This document shows, piece after piece, positions 1-7,163 of a stretch of 25,895 nt of DNA. Source of the DNA: a virus (taxonomy: Duplodnaviria > Caudoviricetes); IMG/VR virus record IMGVR_UViG_3300017785_007051, positions 1 to 25,895 of that record. One strand, given 5' to 3'. Made by a program: the position numbers and the translations under genes. Every line of letters begins with the position of its first letter. Positions within the stretch are counted from its first letter, which is position 1. A model generated the notes under the pieces. That model was given only the letters and a program-made list of their open reading frames with translations. It was not told the DNA's origin and searched no databases.

Positions 1-1
1 A

Positions 2-400
2 GGAAACACCGATGAAGTCAATAGAAATACTTGGACATACGTCGCCTACTGCTTCGCCCCAGTAGCCGGGTACTCTAGTTTCGGCAGCTACACCGGCAAC
101 GGCAGCGCGGATGGGCCGTTTGTTTATACCGGGTTCAGGCCGAGGTGGGTGTTAATTAAAAGCACCGGGTCAAGTGCTTGGACCTTGCAGGATACCTCGC
201 GCAGTACATACAACTTAGTTGACGCCCGCATATTCCCGAATACGTCTGAGGCTGAACTATCAAACGGTAACGGTGGTTGTGATTACTTGAGCAACGGCTT
301 CAAAATCCGCGTGTCTCACAGCGAAATAAACACGAATGCTGCCACCTACATCTACGCCGCCTTCGCCGAATCGCCCTTCCAATACGCCCGCGCACGCTAG
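2..400 (+). CDS. Tail fibre/virion protein, C-terminal part (5' truncated by window)
   Basis: Frame is open from base 2: ...YVAYCFAPVAGYSSFGSYTGNGSADGPFVYTGFRPRWVLIK...YIYAAFAESPFQYARAR, a C-terminal domain typical of aquatic phage tail proteins. Confidence 0.8.
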   Translation, partial: GNTDEVNRNTWTYVAYCFAPVAGYSSFGSYTGNGSADGPFVYTGFRPRWVLIKSTGSSAWTLQDTSRSTYNLVDARIFPNTSEAELSNGNGGCDYLSNGFKIRVSHSEINTNAATYIYAAFAESPFQYARAR

Positions 401-421
401 TAGTGAACAAGCCCAGTGTGG

Positions 422-430
422 TGTTAAAAT
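422..430 (+). promoter_or_regulatory. Extended -10 promoter (TGtTAAAAT) upstream of the structured RNA/tRNA-like element
   Basis: TGn plus TAAAAT ends ~6 nt before the first stem at 437. Confidence 0.5.
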
Positions 431-436
431 AACAAC

Positions 437-538
437 GATAGAGCCTAAACCTCTGCTACATCTTACGCAGGTGTACTACGTTTAGGTCATCAGCAACACC
501 CCCTAAGCCTCTCCACGATGCTCAAACCTGGGGGTCAC
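437..538 (+). ncRNA. Candidate structured ncRNA made of two tandem stem-loops
   Basis: CCTAAAC(444-450) pairs with GTTTAGG(480-486) and the stem is extendable; ACCCCC pairs with GGGGGT around 498-535; both units contain CCTAARCCTCT and end in GGTCA; no ORF. Confidence 0.45.
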
Positions 539-539
539 T

Positions 540-617
540 CGCCTGGTCCGAGACAATTGGACAGTACGGTCACCTGCTGCTGTAGGGACGATGCGGGTTC
601 GAATCCCGTCCGGGCGC
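540..617 (+). tRNA. tRNA-like element or pseudo-tRNA with non-canonical anticodon arm (GCT at best)
   Basis: 7-bp acceptor stem CGCCTGG/CCGGGCG, canonical T arm GCGGG-TTCGAAT-CCCGT, GG in the D loop; irregular D stem and anticodon arm; no encoded CCA. Confidence 0.65.
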
Positions 618-653
618 TTAAACTATGAAGAAGGTGCTACACGGTAGTTTCTC

Positions 654-662
654 TGGTACGAT
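654..662 (+). promoter_or_regulatory. Extended -10 promoter (TGgTACGAT) for the small-ORF cluster
   Basis: TGn plus TACGAT followed by a GGCGGC-ATAA-GCCGCC hairpin and the ORF at 705. Confidence 0.5.
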
Positions 663-704
663 GGTGCGGCGGCATAAGCCGCCAAAGCCGATTCACTTAG
701 TTAC

Positions 705-866
705 ATGTCCAAATCTACTGAAACCAAAAAGCAAGCCGCCAAAGCGCTGATCGAGCTCGTGGTAGCTGCATCGAGCACCACCACTTTTGAAGATTGCTTC
801 GATTTCCTGGACCGTCGCATCGAGCAAGCTGCCTCTGAAGTGATGGAGGCAATTTTCGATGACTGA
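705..866 (+). CDS. Hypothetical protein, 53 aa (not in ORF track)
   Basis: MSKSTETKKQAAKALIELVVAASSTTTFEDCFDFLDRRIEQAASEVMEAIFDD; stop overlaps the next ATG at 859. Confidence 0.7.
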   Translation: MSKSTETKKQAAKALIELVVAASSTTTFEDCFDFLDRRIEQAASEVMEAIFDD

Positions 867-1134
867 TCTCGAAATTATCGAAGCTGCCGAACAGGCAAAT
901 TTATGTTTCCCGGAGTGCTGGCACCTTCGATCTGAGTTAGCCCCCACCCTGGATGACATCAAATTCGAGCAGGAATGGCTAGCAGGAGCTTCATCCGACG
1001 AAGAGCGACAAACGCGTTCTGAGCTTTTGGTCGTAGGGCGCCGTAACGCTGAGGGATACATGAAAGTACTTCGTATATTTGTAGATAAAATTATTGAACT
1101 TCATACTAAGGAAGTAAACCGTGAAGCTCCTTAG
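859..1134 (+). CDS. Hypothetical protein
   Basis: 91-aa ORF overlapping both neighbours in operon fashion. Confidence 0.7.
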   Translation: MTDLEIIEAAEQANLCFPECWHLRSELAPTLDDIKFEQEWLAGASSDEERQTRSELLVVGRRNAEGYMKVLRIFVDKIIELHTKEVNREAP

Positions 1135-1336
1135 CTACAACGTCGACTGGAACGACTACCCAAATTCTTTTTGGGACCACGGTGCTCAGTACGTCTTCAG
1201 CCAAGGATACGATGTTGATCTTGATGTCGACTCGCTGATGATTTTGCTATGGCGCATGGATCAGCGAATAACCCAGTTGGAGACAGCAATTAGCGCGTGT
1301 AATTGCGACAAAACCTCTACATCCACAGACAAATGA
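1121..1336 (+). CDS. Hypothetical protein
   Basis: 71-aa ORF with GTG start, coupled to neighbours. Confidence 0.65.
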   Translation: MKLLSYNVDWNDYPNSFWDHGAQYVFSQGYDVDLDVDSLMILLWRMDQRITQLETAISACNCDKTSTSTDK

Positions 1337-1488
1337 CGTGTAATTGTGACACCGCCCGCAGTCTGATCAACCGCCTGGCGGATTCCCTTCAAGAGTTTAT
1401 CGACTATGAACCCGTGGGCTACGTTGAGTTCGAACAGGATTTGATCGACGCTGCTCGCGAGTTTCTTAAAAACAGTCAAACAGAGTAG
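1333..1488 (+). CDS. Hypothetical protein (start moved to ATG 1333)
   Basis: ATGA overlap with the upstream stop; MTCNCDTARSLINRLADSLQE...LIDAAREFL. Confidence 0.65.
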   Translation: MTCNCDTARSLINRLADSLQEFIDYEPVGYVEFEQDLIDAAREFLKNSQTE

Positions 1489-1501
1489 TCACGACCACTA
1501 A

Positions 1502-1744
1502 ATGCTCCCTCCACTAAGAACAAATCAACGCAACATACTGCGTTTAGTCGCACAACATGAACAGAAAAACCCCGAAACTCCATGCTACTTAGGGAAAGTC
1601 ACAGCATCTCGCCAAAATGTTTTCCTTAAAGCTGTTGTTTCTCTTGAGGAAAAGCAACTGATCGACATCGAGCGAACCGGGTCAAACTTCCAAGCCTGGA
1701 AAGTTAAATTGCTGGTCCCGGTAGAGGCGATCATCTCAAATTAA
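1502..1744 (+). CDS. Hypothetical protein, possibly winged-helix DNA-binding
   Basis: LRTNQRNILRLV...AVVSLEEKQLIDIER resembles a wHTH pattern (inference). Confidence 0.6.
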   Translation: MLPPLRTNQRNILRLVAQHEQKNPETPCYLGKVTASRQNVFLKAVVSLEEKQLIDIERTGSNFQAWKVKLLVPVEAIISN

Positions 1745-1772
1745 ACTCCTAATTTGGAATAAATTAGGAGTT
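1744..1772. repeat. Perfect 12-bp inverted repeat
   Basis: AACTCCTAATTT-ggaat-AAATTAGGAGTT. Confidence 0.9.
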
Positions 1773-1787
1773 CGCTAGGAGTTTTGA

Positions 1788-1994
1788 TTGATGGTCTGGC
1801 GTGTCTGGGCAAAGGCGCTCGGCGAGAAAGCGTCGAAATGCTCGAAAGAGTCGGACCGCGTGGCTCTGATCCGCACTCTAATTTTCTTTAGCTATCTCAC
1901 TACAAACGTTTTCATTATTGCGGGTGTTATTCGTCACTGGAATGATATAGAGTATTCTAAAATTGTACCTATGCAACCGTGTACTTTAAAGTAA
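1788..1994 (+). CDS. Small membrane protein of a cyanophage-type family
   Basis: WRVWAKALGEK...IRTLIFFSYLTTNVFIIAGVIRHW with one hydrophobic segment; AGGAG SD upstream. Confidence 0.75.
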   Translation: MMVWRVWAKALGEKASKCSKESDRVALIRTLIFFSYLTTNVFIIAGVIRHWNDIEYSKIVPMQPCTLK

Positions 1995-2064
1995 ATTTTT
2001 ACTAGAAATCTCGCTTACTTTCCTTACCGTTTAGTGAGCTAATATAAAGGAAAAAGAGCCCGAG

Positions 2065-2679
2065 ATGTTCGTTTTAAACGGTAAGACTCTTCCTTTGGAT
2101 GTTCCGTTTGAAGCAAACGGTACTCTTTATCCTGCAAATTGGCTCAGATTATCCTCACCGTCCGAACGTGAGGCTGTTGGGATTACCGAGGTTCCTGATC
2201 CTTCCACTCCTAGCTACGACCAGAGGTTTTTTTGGGGCTACACAGCTAGCGGGACTTTAATTCCCAAGGATCACGATCAGCTCGTTACGCAGTGGACGGA
2301 TACTACGCGTCAGACCGCTAACACTCTGTTAGCTCCGACGGACTGGACGATTGTTCGTGAGATCGATAATGGAACTCCGACTCCCAGCGGCCTTAAATCT
2401 TGGCGACAGCAGGTTCGTTACGCCTGTGAAGATAAAGTTACGACGATTGTTTTAACCTCCGACACTCCTTCCCTCGCCGACTACATTACTTACGTAAGTC
2501 CATCAGGTGGAGCGACCACCGACTACAACTACTGGCCTCAGTACCCACCCCCGAGTGGCGTTACTCCCAGCGGAATTACGCCTGATGTAGTTATTATCGA
2601 TGGATCCACCTCCGCCCCCATGGTTACCGGAGACTCGACATTAGTCGGAGACACTGGTACTGATACCGTTGTTCTGTAA
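2065..2679 (+). CDS. Tail fibre-associated/assembly protein
   Basis: YPANWLRL, YDQRFFWG, LLAPTDW and WRQQVR motifs typical of genes that follow tail fibres. Confidence 0.7.
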   Translation: MFVLNGKTLPLDVPFEANGTLYPANWLRLSSPSEREAVGITEVPDPSTPSYDQRFFWGYTASGTLIPKDHDQLVTQWTDTTRQTANTLLAPTDWTIVREIDNGTPTPSGLKSWRQQVRYACEDKVTTIVLTSDTPSLADYITYVSPSGGATTDYNYWPQYPPPSGVTPSGITPDVVIIDGSTSAPMVTGDSTLVGDTGTDTVVL

Positions 2680-3537
2680 CTACAGCTCGGGAATTTCGTA
2701 TTCCTGCGTAACGTTTACATAGTGTTTCCAGATAATTTCTGAGCTATTACCGGCCCAATTAGCCACTTGCGCTACGGGAATTTTTTCCTCTAGCCAACGG
2801 CTGATGGCTGTGTGCCTTAGATCGTACGGACGGTACTTATGTGTTATGAGCTCTGCTGTGTGTAGAGTTTTCATTCGATCATAGAAGTAACTCTGATACG
2901 CATAACGATTCCAAGGGAATATAAACTCGTTATCTTGCTGTAAGTTACCCAGAATGTCTAGACATTTTTTATTGAGCGGCACCCAACGTTTTCGATTTGT
3001 TTTTGTTGAGTTTTTTAGACCGTGTGTGAGGGTGTAATTGGAGTGCACTAACACCTTTGTATCTTTTATATCCGACCATTTAAGAGCCCGAACCTCGCCA
3101 GTTCTCATCGCGGTTTGCAGCATAAATTCTGCGTATTGCGACCAGTTGGTCCCGCGTGGGTTTTCAAGTGCAGCTAAAACGAGTCCTGTTTCGTTCCTGG
3201 GAATCACAATAACTTCCTCGTCTTCTTGAGGAGGTTTCGGCATTTTAAAATTGGCTATAGGGTTTCTGTCGATTAGAGCTATATCCTCGCTAGCTGCCCA
3301 GCGATATAGGCTCTTTAGGTACATGCAGACGCGTCGACTTGTTTTTATAGGTTTCTGTTGTAGAACCCATGTGATTATTTTTCTGCCCTCGTTAAAGTCT
3401 TGAATTGGGCATCTGCTTAGCCACTTACGTGTTTGTGTGTAATCGCTAGTGAGGCTTGTCGGGCACAACACCACGGCTCGTTCAGTCTCGAACTGACTCC
3501 AAGCGTCTATTAATGTCTGCAAAATCCCAAAGCGCAT
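2680..3537 (-). CDS. Tyrosine recombinase/integrase (start may be TTG at 3522)
   Basis: Box I TAMRTGEVRALKWSDI, catalytic K region STKTN, box II YDLRHT...WAGNS...KHY; no N-terminal arm-binding domain. Confidence 0.92.
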   Translation of the reverse strand: MRFGILQTLIDAWSQFETERAVVLCPTSLTSDYTQTRKWLSRCPIQDFNEGRKIITWVLQQKPIKTSRRVCMYLKSLYRWAASEDIALIDRNPIANFKMPKPPQEDEEVIVIPRNETGLVLAALENPRGTNWSQYAEFMLQTAMRTGEVRALKWSDIKDTKVLVHSNYTLTHGLKNSTKTNRKRWVPLNKKCLDILGNLQQDNEFIFPWNRYAYQSYFYDRMKTLHTAELITHKYRPYDLRHTAISRWLEEKIPVAQVANWAGNSSEIIWKHYVNVTQEYEIPEL

Positions 3538-3645
3538 ATAGTAGCACGGTTTTGCTGCCTATGCTTAACGCCCACTTAATTTTTGAGTATTTAAGTTTCT
3601 GCGTTTCCTAACTACAATTGTAAGAAGCTCACTTTTTCGTGACGC

Positions 3646-4044
3646 ATGAGTGAAAATGATCTTCTTTTTTCACTCCAATGCTTACAAAGACGGACTGCTA
3701 GAAAAAGATTTAGGCGAGATATTTTAGATTCTTGGGATGGGTGCGCGTATTGCGGGCGGGAGAATCCGTCTACGCTCGATCATATAGTACCGAAAGCTAG
3801 AGGAGGTAAGACAACAAGAAATAATTTAGTAGCAGCCTGTGCTGATTGCAATCTACAGAAGTCAGATACAGACCATATGTTATGGTTCAGATCACAAACA
3901 TTCTGGTCGCCCGAAAGGGAACTTAAGATTCTGGAATGGGTATCGACGGACCCGAATCAATCCGAGTCCGCCGTGGCATACAGAAAAGCCTGCGAGGAGC
4001 CGTTACAGCTCCCAGCAGGCGACGAAGAAGAAATCACTTCTTAG
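3646..4044 (+). CDS. HNH endonuclease (Zn-finger type)
   Basis: CAYCG...TLDHIVPKARGG...NLVAACADCNLQK. Confidence 0.9.
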   Translation: MSENDLLFSLQCLQRRTARKRFRRDILDSWDGCAYCGRENPSTLDHIVPKARGGKTTRNNLVAACADCNLQKSDTDHMLWFRSQTFWSPERELKILEWVSTDPNQSESAVAYRKACEEPLQLPAGDEEEITS

Positions 4045-4222
4045 CGATCTTGGTTACGATACCTGCGATAACTTCTACAAACCTATAGAACTTACCATAC
4101 AATTCATCATCTTTAGGAGTTTTCGTAGTATTTACAATAACTAGTGCTAAAGCGTGAGCTGCGGCGGCAATAGCGACGATATCCACCCAGTGAGCGGCGA
4201 GGAAAGCAATAGCGGCAGTCAT
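4034..4222 (-). CDS. Holin-like small membrane protein
   Basis: Hydrophobic N-terminus, TKTPKDD motif, basic C-terminus; near the endolysin. Confidence 0.65.
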   Translation of the reverse strand: MTAAIAFLAAHWVDIVAIAAAAHALALVIVNTTKTPKDDELYGKFYRFVEVIAGIVTKIAKK

Positions 4223-4260
4223 GGTATTCCGGCGGTTACCTTCATTATAAAACTACTTAG

Positions 4261-4575
4261 TTAATCACGCCGCCACGTTGATTTAATTTCCATCGCGCCC
4301 CCAAGCAACTCTTGAGCTCTCGATCCGTCAGGTTTATGCTCAATTAATTCGTACTTAGGTTTTTCCTGTTTATCCCACTCCTCGACAATTTTTTCGATAT
4401 CGCGGTCAACTGACTTCAGCGTGTTCTCAACTTTCCAGAGGACCCAATCCTCGTGGCAGTATCGCAGTGCTAGCTTAACCCAGTAGTTATTCTTAAGACG
4501 CTTATAATGCTCACCTAGTGTAATTAAAAGCTCGTAACATAAGGCAAACCAAATGTTGTAGTTAGAGTTTTTCAC
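4261..4575 (-). CDS. Conserved hypothetical phage protein in the lysis region
   Basis: 104-aa ORF ending PDGSRAQELLGGAMEIKSTW; coupled to the upstream gene. Confidence 0.7.
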   Translation of the reverse strand: MKNSNYNIWFALCYELLITLGEHYKRLKNNYWVKLALRYCHEDWVLWKVENTLKSVDRDIEKIVEEWDKQEKPKYELIEHKPDGSRAQELLGGAMEIKSTWRRD

Positions 4576-4825
4576 TTACTTTACCCATAATTAAACGATC
4601 TAATTTGTCGTTAATTGATCTTAACCATACTCGAATGTCATCTAATTCTGCGTTTAAATCTGATTTTAAGACGTACTTTTCTGGCAGTTCCTTTAACTGT
4701 GTTTCTGCCGTCGTAATACGAGTCTTAATCGACTCAAATCTGTCGTTGACTACGCGCTGACGTTGTTCGTGACTCCATGTAACCAGAGCGGCAAAAACGC
4801 CCACCGCAGCAACTAAAGCTTCCAC
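4562..4825 (-). CDS. Membrane-anchored coiled-coil protein (holin/antiholin-like)
   Basis: N-terminal hydrophobic segment, coiled coil, YVLKSD...KLDRLI; GGAGG upstream. Confidence 0.7.
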   Translation of the reverse strand: MEALVAAVGVFAALVTWSHEQRQRVVNDRFESIKTRITTAETQLKELPEKYVLKSDLNAELDDIRVWLRSINDKLDRLIMGKVSEKL

Positions 4826-4917
4826 TGTGTTGTTTCGCCTCCTCTAAAGTTTAGAACATCGTCGGTAGAGATCACCGGTAGTAAACGTTTATAATTAGGG
4901 AATCGTAGGGTCGAAAG

Positions 4918-5355
4918 ATGACTCAATTTTCGAAAAATTTAGAGCTCGACCCCACTCTGGCTAGCGGGCTCTCCACCACCAGTCAGCGTTCGAACTCGAC
5001 GCACTTTGATCAACGCCGCACCCTGAATGCAAGCGGCGTGGTTGTTGTTAGTGCCGGTGCTCGCGAGTACACCGCTGATGGACTCTACGGTATTTCTGAT
5101 TACTACCCGTTGACCGTTAACGCCACCGGGATTCTGCAAGTTGATATTCGTAACCAACGTGAGTGCGGTGAGGTGATCATCCTTAACTCTGCTGGCACTG
5201 AAGTGATGACTGCCCGTCCCTCTAAATACAGCAGCCGCAGCGCGACTGTGACTCAGCAGCGCATCGCAGCTTCTGGTTCCTACGCCGCGTACATTCAGCT
5301 GAAAGGTCGCACTGGTTCTGAGTATCGCATCGGGATTGAAGTCCAAGAGCGATGA
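4918..5355 (+). CDS. Beta-sandwich protein with a PPC-like domain, possibly virion-associated
   Basis: DYYPLTV..GILQVDI..IILNSAG..GSYAAYI..YRIGI matches the PPC strand pattern (inference). Confidence 0.6.
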   Translation: MTQFSKNLELDPTLASGLSTTSQRSNSTHFDQRRTLNASGVVVVSAGAREYTADGLYGISDYYPLTVNATGILQVDIRNQRECGEVIILNSAGTEVMTARPSKYSSRSATVTQQRIAASGSYAAYIQLKGRTGSEYRIGIEVQER

Positions 5356-6584
5356 AACTCTCCCAGGCTGGGCTCGATCTCATTAAGAGATTCGAGGGAT
5401 GCAAGCTGAAGGCGTATCAAGACGCCGTGGGCATTTGGACAATTGGCTACGGTCACACAGGTCCGAATGTCCACGATGGTCTCACCATCACTCAGAAGCA
5501 AGCCGATGACATCCTTGCTCAGGATGTCGGACGGTTCGCGTCTGGTGTTGCGGCTAACGTACGCGTCTCTTTAACTCAGTCTGAATTTGACGCACTAGTC
5601 TCATTTGCGTTTAACGTTGGTTTAGGTGCCTTCAAAACTTCCACGCTTTTGAGGCTCCTGAACGACAACGCTGATCGCAATGTCGTCGCATCGCAGTTCT
5701 TGCGTTGGAACAAGGCGGGCGACAAAGTGTTGGAAGGCTTAACAAAACGGCGAAACGCTGAGAAGGCGCTATTTTTGTCGAAGGCGCCTCATCCTCTCTT
5801 GGGCCACTCTATCCTCGCCAAACAGGACACGTGGTTAAAACGCCGTCCTCTGCAGAGCGCTGATCTCGCTGCTGAGGAGAAGTTGTTCGTGCCAAAGGGA
5901 TCCGCCCACGAGTGGGACGAGATCTCGATGCTCCCCGGCGAGGTTCACTACAAGGTCAAGCTGAGCGCTCAGCCGGATCGTGACTGGTGGTTATATCCGG
6001 ACCATTTTAAAATTATCAACGACCCTATCGCTAACGAAACAGCACCTGCTAAACCAAAAGATATTATTTTAAACGTACCATATTACAGTCAGCGGGATAA
6101 CCAGCGCGATCCAATGCGCACCTGCTTTTCTAGCTCGTGTGCGATGCTGCTGAAGTATTTAAAACCTAACAGTATTACATCTGACGATCAGTATATCAAC
6201 ACCGTCTTTAAGCACGGGGATACAACTAATCCGACCGCTCAGCTCGAAGCTCTGCAGGATTACGGGTTAGCAGCATCGTTCAAGCAGACCGTTTCGTGGG
6301 AGGATATCGATGATTTTATTAAACGCGGAATTCCTGTCCCGATTGGGATTCTTCATAAAGGGGCTGTAACAAGTCCCAGTGGAGGTGGTCACTGGTTATG
6401 CGTAGTTGGTGTTACTGTAGATAAAAGCAAACTGTATGTTCACGATCCTTACGGAGATTTAGACTTAATAGGCGGAACTTATGTCTCTACAGACGGCAAA
6501 TATAAACTGTATTCTAAAAAGAATCTAACTCCTCGTTGGATGGTGGAAGGCCCAAGGTCAGGTTGGGCTATTCTTGCAAGATGA
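5352..6584 (+). CDS. Endolysin: GH24 lysozyme + central domain + C39-like cysteine peptidase
   Basis: FEG..AYQD..WTIGYGHT and GLTKRRNAE (GH24); YYSQRD, TCFSSSCAM, GGHW, VHDPYG (C39 Q/C/H/D). Confidence 0.92.
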   Translation: MKLSQAGLDLIKRFEGCKLKAYQDAVGIWTIGYGHTGPNVHDGLTITQKQADDILAQDVGRFASGVAANVRVSLTQSEFDALVSFAFNVGLGAFKTSTLLRLLNDNADRNVVASQFLRWNKAGDKVLEGLTKRRNAEKALFLSKAPHPLLGHSILAKQDTWLKRRPLQSADLAAEEKLFVPKGSAHEWDEISMLPGEVHYKVKLSAQPDRDWWLYPDHFKIINDPIANETAPAKPKDIILNVPYYSQRDNQRDPMRTCFSSSCAMLLKYLKPNSITSDDQYINTVFKHGDTTNPTAQLEALQDYGLAASFKQTVSWEDIDDFIKRGIPVPIGILHKGAVTSPSGGGHWLCVVGVTVDKSKLYVHDPYGDLDLIGGTYVSTDGKYKLYSKKNLTPRWMVEGPRSGWAILAR

Positions 6585-7163
6585 ACAACTACATTGTATG
6601 GTATCTAGGTCGTTAAGAGGTTTACCTATTTTATTTAACTCATATAATATTACTCTCTGATTATAAACTTCCGCTGCTTGACGCTTACAGGTATAATAAC
6701 CAAGGTGTTGAGACGGACCTTTGTGTAAAAATTTAACTGCCCATTTATTAGTGTACTTATACCAACTAACATTTATAGCACCGCTGGTATTTGTAACAAA
6801 TTTTTTTCTATTATTTGCTTGCACTACAGGGTCAACTAATCGTAAATTATTTATGTTGTTATCTAACGAGTTTCTATTTACATGATCTACCGTTAGTTTA
6901 TTTGGGTTTATTTTAGTTACCATATAATAAACTACTCTTGACACTAAGTATCTATTCCCATCTACTTTTACCTTCCAATCTCTTCTTTCCTTATCTTTGC
7001 TATTTGTTGCCAGATAACCTGCTACAGTTCCCGCTTTAATGTTACTTTTATTGACTTTCCGTACTAATCCAGAGCAAACCCCATAGTGTGACTCTGGGAT
7101 TTCGACAACTTCAAATAGTTCATTTAGCCGCTCAAGCGGCGGAAGTGGTTTAAACTTAGGCAT
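6558..7163 (-). CDS. Free-standing HNH-AP2 homing endonuclease (start moved to ATG 7163)
   Basis: VDHVNRNSLDNNINNLR followed by AP2-like NTSGAINVSW...HLGYY...AAEVYN; AGGAG 7 nt upstream; visibly AT-rich. Confidence 0.88.
   Translation of the reverse strand: MPKFKPLPPLERLNELFEVVEIPESHYGVCSGLVRKVNKSNIKAGTVAGYLATNSKDKERRDWKVKVDGNRYLVSRVVYYMVTKINPNKLTVDHVNRNSLDNNINNLRLVDPVVQANNRKKFVTNTSGAINVSWYKYTNKWAVKFLHKGPSQHLGYYTCKRQAAEVYNQRVILYELNKIGKPLNDLDTIQCSCSSCKNSPT

Noticed and set aside
420-500. Hammerhead ribozyme on the minus strand (GGTGTTG-CTGATGA-stem II...TAACACC)
   Set aside because: CUGAUGA and two stems are present, but the obligatory GAAA and stem III are missing; the stem extends better on the + strand
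478-538. Twister, pistol or HDV-like (theta) ribozyme suggested by CCTAAGCC next to a tRNA-like element
   Set aside because: The required flanking stems and conserved residues could not be placed
2-540. Diversity-generating retroelement target in the tail-fibre C-terminus
   Set aside because: No template repeat or reverse transcriptase in the window
625-750. 41-aa ORF MKKVLHG...KPPKR
   Set aside because: It overlaps a likely promoter and the better-supported ORF at 705
1982-2003. Short palindromes TACTTTAAAGTA and AGTAAA-TT-TTTACT
   Set aside because: AT-rich and plausibly chance
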